Origin: Minisyncoccota bacterium
GTDB lineage: Bacteria; Patescibacteriota; Minisyncoccia; Phycocordibacterales; UBA9973
Length of the DNA stretch: 64,000 nucleotides
Assembly (NCBI GenBank): GCA_041662205.1
Contig: JBAZSZ010000001.1
Coordinates: 81,973 to 145,972, forward strand
Direction: 5' to 3'
The notes beneath the pieces are model-generated. The model saw nothing but the letters and a program-made list of their open reading frames with translations, had not been told where the DNA came from and searched no databases. Made by a program: the position numbers and the translations under genes. Shown in pieces: positions 42,201 through 51,478 of this stretch. Every line of letters starts with the position of its first letter. Position 1 is the first letter of the stretch.

Positions 42201-42488
42201 AGTGAGGTGATAATAGCGTTTTGTCCCGTTTTGCGTTGTTTTGTCTTTTCGTGAACCAGCAGTCATATAAGCTTCTACTCCTAGGATGGGTTTGATTCCA
42301 GCTTTTTTAGCTAATTTATAGAATTCAATTGCGCCGTACATATTGCCATGGTCGGTGATAGCCAGAGCTGGCATTCCATTTTTTTTTGCTATATCCACTA
42401 AATCTTCGAGCTTGGAAAGCCCATCTAAAAGTGAATAGTGAGAGTGAGTGTGGAGGTGTACGAATTTAGTTTCGGTTTCTTTTTCCAT
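39258..42488 (-). CDS. dnaE: DNA polymerase III alpha subunit
   Basis: The N-terminal PHP domain reads HLHTHSHYSLLDG. The length is 1076 aa. Confidence 0.9.
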   Translation of the reverse strand: MEKETETKFVHLHTHSHYSLLDGLSKLEDLVDIAKKNGMPALAITDHGNMYGAIEFYKLAKKAGIKPILGVEAYMTAGSRKDKTTQNGTKRYYHLTLLAKNLQGYKNLMRLVTISNLEGYYYKPRMDKEILRQYSEGVIALSGCLGGELAQSLINKDEEKAEKIIQEYQEIFGKENYFLEVQRHPKSPNDEEVHKKIIALGKKFNIPLVGTIDSHYPCNDDRKAHETLLAIQTNSDIKDENKFSFGEDDYFFVDTEQAKELFKETPEAVTNTMKIAEMCSVELELGRWVFPDFKIEDGKTPDEKLRELTYLGFERLNLKETPEIKERVEYELKVIRDKGYSPYFLVVGDLLNYAKENGILSAIRGSVAGSMVTYLLGITNINPIEYKLPFERFLNPFRPSPPDIDMDYADNRRDEMIEYVKIKYGEDKVAQIGTFGTMMAKGAIRDVARALAHPYTIGDRISKMIPLGSQGMPMTIDHAMEIVPELKEAYEKEKDTKEIIDLAKKLEGCVRHISVHAAGVVIAPHPIYEYMPTQFDPKGARDNGKIITQYDMYSAEDAGLLKFDFLGIRNLAILSDAINLVKKFYNIDIDIDRIPLDDKKTFSLLASGQTEGLFQLNGSGMTRYLKELKPTSIHDINAMVALYRPGPMESIPEYIKRKHNPQLVKYLDPRMKKFLSESYGLIVYQDDLLFSAIELAGYNWEEVDKFRKAVGKKIPKEMAEQREKFTKGIIDNGQTPEFAEKLWRLFEPFQAYGFNKAHAASYGKVAYQTAYMKAHYPVEYMASILTAESGDVEKIGEIIEECKKMNIPILPPNINESYGGFTCLPHEKNTEINNENKSEKIRFGFYTIKNLGTDISDAIIAERKNGKFKSITDFLNRIKHKNLNKKSMEALIKSGCMDDWEDRGMLLANLEGMLEYNHENSKQNENQISLFGGVASIKTPEFKLQTGKVANQAEKLLWEKELLGLYISGHPLDRLREKLEKRTVNIKKIKEEFGNGMQITIAGIIEASRQVVTKNNERMAFLKIADLTDSIEAVAFPSLFKESIDILVAEKCIALTGKVSNKNGEKSIIIEAVKEI

Positions 42489-42558
42489 TTTTCAATAATA
42501 ACATGAATTTTCAAAATTTGAGTTTTGTTGTTTTGTTTGTTTTTGGTACAATATAATT

Positions 42559-43584
42559 ATGAAAAAAATACGAGTTGGGATTAATGGTTTTGGGAGAATT
42601 GGTAGGGCTTTTTTGAAACTTGCTTGGGAGAGACCTGAGATTGAGATTGTGGCAGTGAATGATTTAGGGTCTCTTGAAAGTCTTTCTTATTTATTAAAAT
42701 ATGACACTGTTTACAAGACCTGGGACCATGAGGTGAAGCATGACGCTGGAAATATTATTATCGATGGCAGGATGGTCAAATTTTTGTCTTTGAAAGATAC
42801 CTCAAAGCTTCCTTGGAAAGAACTTGAAATTGATTTAGTAGTAGAGTCTACGGGGCTTTTTACTTCTTTTGAAAAAGCAAAGTTTCATCTTGATCAAGGA
42901 GCAAAGAAGGTGGTGATTACGGCGCCATCCAAAGGAGAAGTTGGTTCGGCTCATGGCGAGACTATTTTAATGGGTGTGAATGAAGAGAAATTCGGTACTT
43001 GTGATATTACCTCAAACGCTTCCTGCACAACCAATGCAGCCAGCCCCCTAATTGCAATTCTTTTTGAAGAGATTGGTATAGAGAAAGCAATTTTAAATAC
43101 TGTGCATGGATATACTGCCTCGCAAGCACTTGTCGATGGACCAAGTAAAAAAGATTTACGTGAAGGGAGAGCAGCTGCGGAAAATATTATTCCTTCTTCT
43201 ACAGGCGCGGCTGTCGCGGTGACGGAAGCATTCCCTGCCTTGACGGGTTTATTTGACGGCATTTCTATTCGTGTTCCGGTGCCAGCTGGATCAATCGTAG
43301 ACGTTACGTTTATTGCAAAGAAAAATACTAGTGTGGAAGAAATAAATACAATATTAAAAAAAGCATCGAGTTTAGATAGGTGGAAAAATATTTTTTCAGT
43401 AACAGACGAGCCTCTCGTGTCTTCTGATATTTTAGGAAGTAAGTATGCTTCAATTGCGGACCTTGCCATGACACGTGTGGTAGGAGGTAATTTGGTAAAA
43501 GTAATGGCATGGTACGATAATGAAATGGGGTACACACATACTTTAGTAGATCACGTAATTAAAACAGGAAGTACGATATTATAA
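42559..43584 (+). CDS. gap: Glyceraldehyde-3-phosphate dehydrogenase
   Basis: INGFGRIGR and the catalytic-Cys motif SNASCTTN are present. Confidence 0.9.
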   Translation: MKKIRVGINGFGRIGRAFLKLAWERPEIEIVAVNDLGSLESLSYLLKYDTVYKTWDHEVKHDAGNIIIDGRMVKFLSLKDTSKLPWKELEIDLVVESTGLFTSFEKAKFHLDQGAKKVVITAPSKGEVGSAHGETILMGVNEEKFGTCDITSNASCTTNAASPLIAILFEEIGIEKAILNTVHGYTASQALVDGPSKKDLREGRAAAENIIPSSTGAAVAVTEAFPALTGLFDGISIRVPVPAGSIVDVTFIAKKNTSVEEINTILKKASSLDRWKNIFSVTDEPLVSSDILGSKYASIADLAMTRVVGGNLVKVMAWYDNEMGYTHTLVDHVIKTGSTIL

Positions 43585-43600
43585 ATAATAAAATTAGAAT

Positions 43601-44092
43601 ATGAAAATATATATTGGGACAGATCACGCGGGGTATGTATTAAAGGAGGCACTGGTGGGTTTCTTAAAAGCTCAAGGACATGAAGTTATAGACGAGGGTG
43701 CATATACTTATGATGAGGATGATGATTATCCAGATTTTATCTCAAAAGTTGCTCGAGCTGTTTCCGAAGATGTACATGATTCTACAAAAGTTAGAGGTAT
43801 CATTCTCGGTGGTACTGGACAAGGGGAGGCGATAGTAGCGAATAGATTTCCTCACGTTAGAGCTATTGTTTATTATGGAAAAGCAACTCCAATAGTGGAA
43901 GCCGAGTCTGGTATTCTACACAGATCAAGAGAGCACAATGATGCAAATATTCTTTCTTTGGGTGCTAGATATTTTACTGAGGCAGACCTAGCAGAAATCG
44001 TTAATTTTTGGTTGAACGCTCCTTATAGTGGTGGAGAAAGACATATACGTCGTTTGGCAAAAATAGACGCAATAAAAATAGATTCCCAGTAG
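43601..44092 (+). CDS. rpiB: Ribose-5-phosphate isomerase B
   Basis: MKIYIGTDHAGY is present and the size is 163 aa, as expected for RpiB/LacAB. Confidence 0.8.
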   Translation: MKIYIGTDHAGYVLKEALVGFLKAQGHEVIDEGAYTYDEDDDYPDFISKVARAVSEDVHDSTKVRGIILGGTGQGEAIVANRFPHVRAIVYYGKATPIVEAESGILHRSREHNDANILSLGARYFTEADLAEIVNFWLNAPYSGGERHIRRLAKIDAIKIDSQ

Positions 44093-44125
44093 TAGAGCAA
44101 AGCTCACTACCGGATAAATAAAATT

Positions 44126-44821
44126 ATGGCAGAAATAATTCCCGCAATTTTAGAAAAAGATTACGAAGATTTGAAGGACAAAATTGCATTAGTGCGAGGG
44201 GTGGTGCCCATCGTGCAAATAGATTTTTGTGATGGAATTTTTGTACCCACTCGTACTTGGCCGTTTTCTTCAGGCGGAGGAGCAGATGAACATTTAGGGA
44301 GAATTTTAAGTGAAGAAGAAGGAATGCCTTTTTGGGAAGATATTGATTTTGAGTTTGACCTAATGGTGGCTGATGCTGTGGAGAATTTTAATATTTACAC
44401 TAAACTCGGACCAAAGAGAATAATATTTCATATTGAAGCTGTGGGGGAGCTTGAAAGTTTCCATCATTTTTTAGAAGGAATAGATATGTATGTTAGAGAT
44501 AGTATTGAAATAGGTGTTGCCATAAATCCATCTACGCCATCTGAACAGATTTTTCCAATTATTTCTTCTATAGATTTTGTGCAATGTATGGGGAATGATA
44601 AGATTGGACACAAAGGGATGCTGCTCGATGAACAAGTTTATAAAAAAATTGTAATTTTGAGAGAAAAATATCCTGATTTACCGATTGCAGTCGATATTGG
44701 TGTCAATGAGACAACAGCGCCATTGTTAATTGAAAGAGGGGCAACGAAACTTGTTGCTGGCTCTGCTATTTTTAAAACTGATGATATTATTGGAACGATA
44801 GAAGAATTTGAAAGCTTATAG
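44126..44821 (+). CDS. Ribulose-phosphate 3-epimerase-like TIM-barrel protein
   Basis: IPAIL...IVQIDFCDGIFVP resembles the RPE motif HxDxMDGxFVPN with substitutions. Confidence 0.5.
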   Translation: MAEIIPAILEKDYEDLKDKIALVRGVVPIVQIDFCDGIFVPTRTWPFSSGGGADEHLGRILSEEEGMPFWEDIDFEFDLMVADAVENFNIYTKLGPKRIIFHIEAVGELESFHHFLEGIDMYVRDSIEIGVAINPSTPSEQIFPIISSIDFVQCMGNDKIGHKGMLLDEQVYKKIVILREKYPDLPIAVDIGVNETTAPLLIERGATKLVAGSAIFKTDDIIGTIEEFESL

Positions 44822-45055
44822 TTTCTTAACGAGACTTTTTATTTTTAAAAAATTAAATAATTTTTTACCTAGGATTTCTTTAAAAAAATATGAAGTTCTT
44901 TTTTTTCCTATTAACCAAATAAAACCCAAGACGATCAGTAATGTAGATCCTGGTATTGGAGTTAGATACGTTATTATTCCAATAATTATAAGAATAATAC
45001 CAAATATTTTATGAAAATATTCCCAATTTTTCATGATATTTTTATTGTAACACAA
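44816..45055 (-). CDS. Small membrane protein (DUF454/YbaN-like?)
   Basis: Two hydrophobic helices are present. LTPIPGSTLLIVLG is also present. Confidence 0.35.
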   Translation of the reverse strand: MCYNKNIMKNWEYFHKIFGIILIIIGIITYLTPIPGSTLLIVLGFIWLIGKKRTSYFFKEILGKKLFNFLKIKSLVKKL

Positions 45056-45072
45056 AAACTTGTTTATACTCT

Positions 45073-45939
45073 TTGTTTATTGTTATAATTAAATTAATGA
45101 TTCTCACTGAAGAAAAAATTTTAGAGTTGGCGAAGAAGGCAAATGAGATTCGTATCTCTATTATTGAGATGTTAGTAGAGGCGGGGAGTGGACATACTGC
45201 AGGCCCTCTCGGTATGGCTGATATTTTTACACTTTTTTATTTTCATATTTTAAAACATGACCCCAAAAATCCAGCCTGGGAAGAAAGGGACAGACTCATA
45301 CTTTCTAATGGTCATATTTGTCCAGTATTATATTCAACGATGGCGCATGCTGGATATTTTCCAGTTGAAGAATTAAAAACTTTAAGAAAATTTGGTACTA
45401 GACTTCAGGGGCACCCGCATCGGGAATATTTGCCTTATGTTGAAAATTCATCTGGTCCGCTTGGCTCTGGTCTTTCGCAAGCTGTAGGTATGGCGCTCGC
45501 AGACAAAATAGACAAGAAAGATAAAGATAGATTTATTTATTGTTTTATGTCTGATGGAGAGATGGATGAAGGGAACACTTGGGAGGCAATTATGCTTGCT
45601 GGAAAACATAAATTAAGAAACTTAATAGCTGTTGTTGATAGAAATAATATTCAGATTGAAGGATTCACTGAAGATGTGATGCCCCTTGAACCTTTTCATA
45701 GTAAATGGAAAAGTTTTAATTGGCATGTGATCGAAGTTTCTGGGCATGATTTTAGATCTTTAAATGAAGTAGTCGAGGAAGCGCAAGCTATCTTTGAAAA
45801 ACCTACGGTCATTATTGCGCATACGATACCAGGCAAAGGGGTGAAAGAATTTGAAAGAAATTATAAATGGCACGGGAAACCTCCTTCTAAAGAAGAAGGA
45901 GAGATGGCGTTAAAAGAATTACAGGCAAAAAGATTTTAA
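45073..45939 (+). CDS. Transketolase, N-terminal (TPP-binding) subunit
   Basis: GSGHTAGPLGMADI and GPLGSGLSQAVGMA are present. Confidence 0.85.
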   Translation: MFIVIIKLMILTEEKILELAKKANEIRISIIEMLVEAGSGHTAGPLGMADIFTLFYFHILKHDPKNPAWEERDRLILSNGHICPVLYSTMAHAGYFPVEELKTLRKFGTRLQGHPHREYLPYVENSSGPLGSGLSQAVGMALADKIDKKDKDRFIYCFMSDGEMDEGNTWEAIMLAGKHKLRNLIAVVDRNNIQIEGFTEDVMPLEPFHSKWKSFNWHVIEVSGHDFRSLNEVVEEAQAIFEKPTVIIAHTIPGKGVKEFERNYKWHGKPPSKEEGEMALKELQAKRF

Positions 45940-45984
45940 AATAAAAAATGAACATTAATTATTATTAATTTATATTGAAAATAT

Positions 45985-46179
45985 ATGTCTAATACATTTA
46001 AAATTATTATCTATTGGATTGCTATCATATTCTTTGGGATAAGTTTCTTTGGTTCTATGGGAGCTAGTCTGTTGGGGGCAGCGTGGGGAGATCCTTTACC
46101 ACTCCTCATTTGTGTTATATTACTTGCTTTAATTATTTTTTTAATCATTCGTGTTGTAAAACTTATGCGTCATAAATAA
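45985..46179 (+). CDS. Tiny 2-TM membrane protein between the two transketolase halves (hypothetical)
   Basis: The 64-aa ORF is hydrophobic. Confidence 0.3.
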   Translation: MSNTFKIIIYWIAIIFFGISFFGSMGASLLGAAWGDPLPLLICVILLALIIFLIIRVVKLMRHK

Positions 46180-46188
46180 GATGTATTT

Positions 46189-47187
46189 ATGTTAAATCCT
46201 AAACTAAAACTTAATCCAAAAATTTTCAACGACGATGTCGAACAGGTACCTATTCGAAAAGGTTTCGGGCAGGGATTGTTGCTTGCGGGCGAGGCGGATG
46301 AAAATGTCGTGGGACTTTGCGCTGACTTAACAGAAAGTACCCAGATGAATTTATTTGCTGATAAGTTTCCGAATAGATTTATACAAATTGGAGTCGCTGA
46401 GCAGAATTTAGTAACAGTGGCTTCAGGTATGGCAGCGATGGGCAAGATTCCTTTTTGTTCTTCTTATGCGATGTTTTCCCCTGGTAGAAACTGGGAGCAA
46501 ATAAGAACTACGATTGCTTATAATGATAGACCAGTGAAAATTGTGGGTTCACATTCAGGTATTTCTGTAGGTCCTGATGGTGGTACGCATCAAGCCCTTG
46601 AAGATATTGCTTTGATGAGAGTGATGCCAAATATGGATGTTTTTTCTCCTTGTGATGCTATCGAAGCAAAAAAAATTACATTTCTATTGGCAAGAACAAA
46701 AAGACCAGTATATTTACGTTTGGTTCGGGAGAAAACCCCAATCATTACCACAGAGGAAACCCCTTTGCAAATAGGCAAAGCTGAAATTTACTGGATGCCA
46801 GAGATAGGACTGGCGCAAGTAGGAATAATTTCTACTGGTGGACTCGTGTATCAAGCGCTTTTGGCTGCTAAAGAATTAGAACAAGAAGGAGTAAAAACAA
46901 AAGTGATGAATTTATCAAGTATTAAACCCATAGATTCTGAAGCAATTATCGCTCTGGCAAAAGAATGCAAGGCAATAGTAACAGTAGAAGAACATCAAAT
47001 AGCTGGAGGAATGGGTGGAGCCGTGGCAGAAGTGTTAGCCCAAAATTTTCCGGTACCAATGGAATTCATCGGAGTCCATGACCGCTTTGGTCAGTCTGGC
47101 ACACCCAGAGAGCTCATTGAGCATTATGGTATGAGTAAAAATTCTATCAAAGAAGCGGTAAAAAAAGTATTAGAAAGAAAAATATAG
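46189..47187 (+). CDS. Transketolase, C-terminal (pyrimidine-binding) subunit
   Basis: The transketolase pyrimidine-binding and C-terminal domain pattern is present. Confidence 0.85.
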   Translation: MLNPKLKLNPKIFNDDVEQVPIRKGFGQGLLLAGEADENVVGLCADLTESTQMNLFADKFPNRFIQIGVAEQNLVTVASGMAAMGKIPFCSSYAMFSPGRNWEQIRTTIAYNDRPVKIVGSHSGISVGPDGGTHQALEDIALMRVMPNMDVFSPCDAIEAKKITFLLARTKRPVYLRLVREKTPIITTEETPLQIGKAEIYWMPEIGLAQVGIISTGGLVYQALLAAKELEQEGVKTKVMNLSSIKPIDSEAIIALAKECKAIVTVEEHQIAGGMGGAVAEVLAQNFPVPMEFIGVHDRFGQSGTPRELIEHYGMSKNSIKEAVKKVLERKI

Positions 47188-47219
47188 AAAAAGTAATAAA
47201 AACATTCTAAAACTATTTT

Positions 47220-48221
47220 TTATATTTTGCTAGCTTTATAACTTTCTGGTGCGTTTTTGAGATATTCTTCTAATTTTTCTTTAGAAAGGAGTCCACTTTG
47301 GGCGCCGACTTCTTGGACTACTGACATTGAATTTATTCCTGCCCAAGCTAGGCCTTCGGTCATAGTTTTATTTAAAATATTTGCTATTACTATAGTAGCA
47401 GAAAAAGCATCTCCGGCGCCAGTGCGTTCATATGGAGGTTTTGGGTCAGGATAGGGGGGCATGAATAAATATTCTGTACCATCATAAGTGTAAGCACCCT
47501 TGGGTCCGTCTGTGATTACTACAGTTTTAGGGCCTAAACTATGGATTTTTTCGAGTAGTTCCTTTATTTCTCCACTTTCAAGCCCTAATATTTTTCTAGC
47601 TTCTTCAACATTACAGAAAAACATGTCTGTATGTTCATAAAGTCTTTGTAATTTTTCTTTTCCTAATTTTATTTCAAATTTACCCGGTTCGAAAGCAAAT
47701 TTTGTTTCTGGATGAGCATCTAAGTAGTCGGCGATAGTGTAATGAAAAGGGAAGGCTGTTTCGTTAACGGAACTAAAATAAATCCATTTTGGTTCATCAA
47801 ATTCTGGTAGGCTATATGGATAAACCTCATGTTTTATTAAAATAGTTCTTTCTGCTTCGTACCACAATACAAAATGCTGATTAGTTTTTATTCCGGTATT
47901 TATTTTTATTAACTCAGTGCCAACATTATCCTTTTTCAAGGAATTCAAACAATCTTTGCCTGCTTGATCATCACCAATATTAGAAACGAGTTTAGTTTGA
48001 AGTCCAAGCCGAGCAGCTGCGACAGCGACATTGCCTGCATTACCTACAGCTGGAAGAACGTAAACTTCTTCGTACGGAACTTTGTCAGCAAAAGGCAGAC
48101 ATATTTTGTAATCTTTTTCATCTGGAGTACCGACGATACTTGCATCTTTTAATTTTATAAAAACATCTATTACAATATCCCCAATCGCCAAGAAATCTAT
48201 TTTATTATTATTTTCACTCAT
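47220..48221 (-). CDS. PfkB-family carbohydrate kinase (ribokinase-like)
   Basis: TGAGDAFSATIV is present. Confidence 0.75.
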   Translation of the reverse strand: MSENNNKIDFLAIGDIVIDVFIKLKDASIVGTPDEKDYKICLPFADKVPYEEVYVLPAVGNAGNVAVAAARLGLQTKLVSNIGDDQAGKDCLNSLKKDNVGTELIKINTGIKTNQHFVLWYEAERTILIKHEVYPYSLPEFDEPKWIYFSSVNETAFPFHYTIADYLDAHPETKFAFEPGKFEIKLGKEKLQRLYEHTDMFFCNVEEARKILGLESGEIKELLEKIHSLGPKTVVITDGPKGAYTYDGTEYLFMPPYPDPKPPYERTGAGDAFSATIVIANILNKTMTEGLAWAGINSMSVVQEVGAQSGLLSKEKLEEYLKNAPESYKASKI

Positions 48222-48251
48222 GATACTATTCTAACATATTATAAAAAATTT

Positions 48252-49634
48252 ATGAAAAAACTAATTTTAACTCTTTCGAGTTTTATCTTTTTATTTTTAG
48301 GATGTAAATTAGTAAATGCTAATGTAATTATAAACGAAGTAAAAATATCACCGACCGAAGATAGATTTATTAAGCTTTACAATCAAGACAATACTGAAGT
48401 TGATTTAACAAATTGGTATATACAAAGAAAAACACAAACTGGAACCAGTTTTAATTCTTTAGTTACAAAGACTTATTTTGAAAACAAAAAAATTAGTGCA
48501 AATGGTTATTTTTTAATTTCTCGTACCCAAATAGAGAATTCTGATATTGTTATTGATGGTTTGACACTTACTGAATCAAATGTCATCCAACTTAAAAACT
48601 CAAACGGTGAAGTCGTTGATAAAGTTTGTTGGGGAGAGGTGGATAGTTGTAGTAATCTTAATCCAGCTTCAGGTGAAAGTATCCTTATGGCTGATCATAC
48701 TTCATCTTCTGTGCCGGCAATTGAAACTTCTTCTTCAGATTCCGATATTACAGCGTCCAACGATGATTCTCCTGCAATGCAATCAAAACCCAAAGTATAT
48801 GAAAATCCCACCATGAAAGTAAAAATTTTAGCCAATGCTTTAGCTTTTACTGGGCAACCTCTTGAAATAAAAACTAATGTTTTTGGATTTTCAAATGAAA
48901 ATGTTGTTCTTGGTAGGGCTTCTTGGAATTTTGGTGATGGTGGTTCATTTGATCAAATAAATAATTTTGTAAAGTTTTCTCATATTTATTATTATCCAGG
49001 TGAGTATGTTTTATTTTTGGAATATTATCAAAATAGTTTTTCAAAAACTCCTGAGGCTATAAGTAAAATGATAATAAAAGTACTTCCCACGACTGTTACT
49101 ATTTCCAAGGTGGGGGATGTAAAAGATTTTTTTATCGAACTTTCAAATAATGCCAGTTCAGATATAGATATTTCAAGTTGGGTTATAAATGCAAATGGAA
49201 AAATTTTTATTTTGCCTAAAAATAGTGTGATTATGTCTAAAAAACAAATGACTATTTCTGGTAGGATAACTGGATTTAATTATGGAGATCAAAATAATTT
49301 AAAACTTTATTCTGGAACGGGTGAATTAATATATGACTACAACATAGGAATACAACCCCCTAAATCTCCCTTATCGAGGGGACTTTCTACTGGAATTTCC
49401 TCCTCTGATAAGGGGAGGTTGGGAGGGGTTATTTCTCCAGCATTTGAACCGCTGGGAGCTGAGGTTTTGCAGAGTAACGTTATAAATAGTGAAAGTACAA
49501 GCACATCATCTATGCCTATTATTCCTATTGCTTCTTTTATTTTTATCGGAGCTTCGGCTTCTGCAGTTTATTTTATTCGTCGAAAAAAAGTTATAAGAGA
49601 GAGTGGAGATGATTTTGAAATTTTAGATGAATAA
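48252..49634 (+). CDS. Secreted lamin-tail-domain (LTD) protein with a C-terminal TM anchor
   Basis: A signal peptide is present. VIINEVKISPTEDRFIKLYNQDNTEVDLTNWYIQRK is LTD-like. The C-terminus is hydrophobic and followed by RRKK. Confidence 0.55.
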   Translation: MKKLILTLSSFIFLFLGCKLVNANVIINEVKISPTEDRFIKLYNQDNTEVDLTNWYIQRKTQTGTSFNSLVTKTYFENKKISANGYFLISRTQIENSDIVIDGLTLTESNVIQLKNSNGEVVDKVCWGEVDSCSNLNPASGESILMADHTSSSVPAIETSSSDSDITASNDDSPAMQSKPKVYENPTMKVKILANALAFTGQPLEIKTNVFGFSNENVVLGRASWNFGDGGSFDQINNFVKFSHIYYYPGEYVLFLEYYQNSFSKTPEAISKMIIKVLPTTVTISKVGDVKDFFIELSNNASSDIDISSWVINANGKIFILPKNSVIMSKKQMTISGRITGFNYGDQNNLKLYSGTGELIYDYNIGIQPPKSPLSRGLSTGISSSDKGRLGGVISPAFEPLGAEVLQSNVINSESTSTSSMPIIPIASFIFIGASASAVYFIRRKKVIRESGDDFEILDE

Positions 49635-49696
49635 GGCTTTGAAATAAGGGTTTTTTTTGTTAGAATCATTATAGGACATAAATTGTCCTTTTTTAT

Positions 49697-51466
49697 ATGG
49701 AAAGAGATTATTCAAATTTGCACATCGGACTAGTGCTTAAATATTATTGGCAAGTAATTAGGAATTTTAAATTTTCCTTTTTTTGTGTTTTTATATTTAC
49801 GACACTTTATTCTATTCTTGATATTTATATACCACTTCAATTTTTAAAGCTTTGGAATGTTTTAAGTACTAATAATTTTGCTGTCATTTCAACAGCTAAG
49901 TCAATAATTATTTTAATCCTGATTTTAGGATTAGTCCGTTGGGCTCTTGCTAGATCTTCTGGATTTTGTTTATCTTATTTTGAGGCTGGAGTAATGGCAG
50001 GTTTACGAGAACAAGCATTTTCTTATATGATTGGCCATTCTCATTCTTTTTTTGCCAATAATTTTGCAGGTTCATTAACCAGAAAAATAAACAAATATGC
50101 CGGTGCTTTTGAAAGATTAACAGATAAAATGGCCGCTGATGGGTTGCCACTTTTTGTTCGTGGTATTGGTACATTTTTTGCAGTTTACTCTTTAATTCCG
50201 AAATATGCTTATATATTAGGAATATTTTGCTTAGTTTTTTTAATAACCGCTTTTATTTATATTCGATTTAAAATTAAATATGATGTGATTGCTGCTTTGG
50301 CTGATACTAAAACCACTGGAGTTTTAGCTGATGCTGTTGGCAATCATTCTTCAATCCAAATTTTCACTGGTCATTTATATGAAGAAAATCGCACTAAAGA
50401 CATAATACAAAAACAACGCAAAGCCACTGTTTTTAATTGGTATTTATGGGAAGGACTTAATGCTATTCAGGGCTTTTATACAGTTATTATTAATTTCATT
50501 ATTTTTTGGGTTGCGCTTGGTGACTGGATGCTTTCTATTGTTACTTTACCTTTTATCGTGTTACTTCAAAGTTACTTAGTACGTTTGGTTGATAGCTTAT
50601 GGAGCTTTGGAGGCATCGTTCGTACTTTTTATAATAGTTTTGCTGATGCCCAAGAAATGGCTCTTGTGTTAAATAAACCATATGATATCAGTGATAATGT
50701 GGAAAAAGTTGCCGAAAATATAAAAGGAGAAATTGTTTTTAATAATGTGACATACTCATACAAGAATAATGATAATAAGGTATTGGATAATTTTTCTTTA
50801 ACTATACCGAGAGGGCAGAAGATTGCTGTTGTTGGTTCTTCGGGGGCAGGGAAAACGACACTCGTTCGTCTTCTTATGAGATTATTTAATATTTCTTCTG
50901 GAGAGATTATGATCGACGGAATTAATATTAGTAAAATTTCTCAAGAAAATCTTCGAGAACAAATATCTTTTGTTCCGCAAGACCCCGTTCTTTTTCATCG
51001 CACTTTAATGGAAAATATACGTTATGGCAGACGAGACGCTACAGATGAAGAAGTTTTAAAAGCTGCCACACTTGCGCATTGTGATGAGTTTATCGAATCT
51101 TTGCCCTTTCGCTATGAGACATATGTAGGGGAACGGGGGATAAAACTTTCTGGTGGAGAGCGTCAGCGGGTAGCCATCGCTCGCGCCATTATTAAAAATG
51201 CCCCGATTCTTATTTTAGATGAAGCGACATCTTCTCTGGATTCTCATTCTGAATCCTTAATTCAAGATGCTCTTACAAAACTTATTGATAATAAAACTAC
51301 TATCGTTATTGCCCATCGACTTTCCACCATTAGACAAATGGATAGGATTATTGTGTTAGAGAATGGGAAAATAGTCGAAGATGGGGTTCACGATGAGCTA
51401 ATAAATAAAAAAGATGGATTTTATAAAAAATTGTGGGATCTTCAAGCGGGGGGATTTTTAGATTAA
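49697..51466 (+). CDS. ABC exporter, fused permease and ATPase (MsbA-like)
   Basis: A 6-TM N-terminus is present. The Walker A motif reads GSSGAGKTT. The signature reads LSGGERQR. Confidence 0.8.
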   Translation: MERDYSNLHIGLVLKYYWQVIRNFKFSFFCVFIFTTLYSILDIYIPLQFLKLWNVLSTNNFAVISTAKSIIILILILGLVRWALARSSGFCLSYFEAGVMAGLREQAFSYMIGHSHSFFANNFAGSLTRKINKYAGAFERLTDKMAADGLPLFVRGIGTFFAVYSLIPKYAYILGIFCLVFLITAFIYIRFKIKYDVIAALADTKTTGVLADAVGNHSSIQIFTGHLYEENRTKDIIQKQRKATVFNWYLWEGLNAIQGFYTVIINFIIFWVALGDWMLSIVTLPFIVLLQSYLVRLVDSLWSFGGIVRTFYNSFADAQEMALVLNKPYDISDNVEKVAENIKGEIVFNNVTYSYKNNDNKVLDNFSLTIPRGQKIAVVGSSGAGKTTLVRLLMRLFNISSGEIMIDGINISKISQENLREQISFVPQDPVLFHRTLMENIRYGRRDATDEEVLKAATLAHCDEFIESLPFRYETYVGERGIKLSGGERQRVAIARAIIKNAPILILDEATSSLDSHSESLIQDALTKLIDNKTTIVIAHRLSTIRQMDRIIVLENGKIVEDGVHDELINKKDGFYKKLWDLQAGGFLD

Positions 51467-51478
51467 ATAATTTTATTT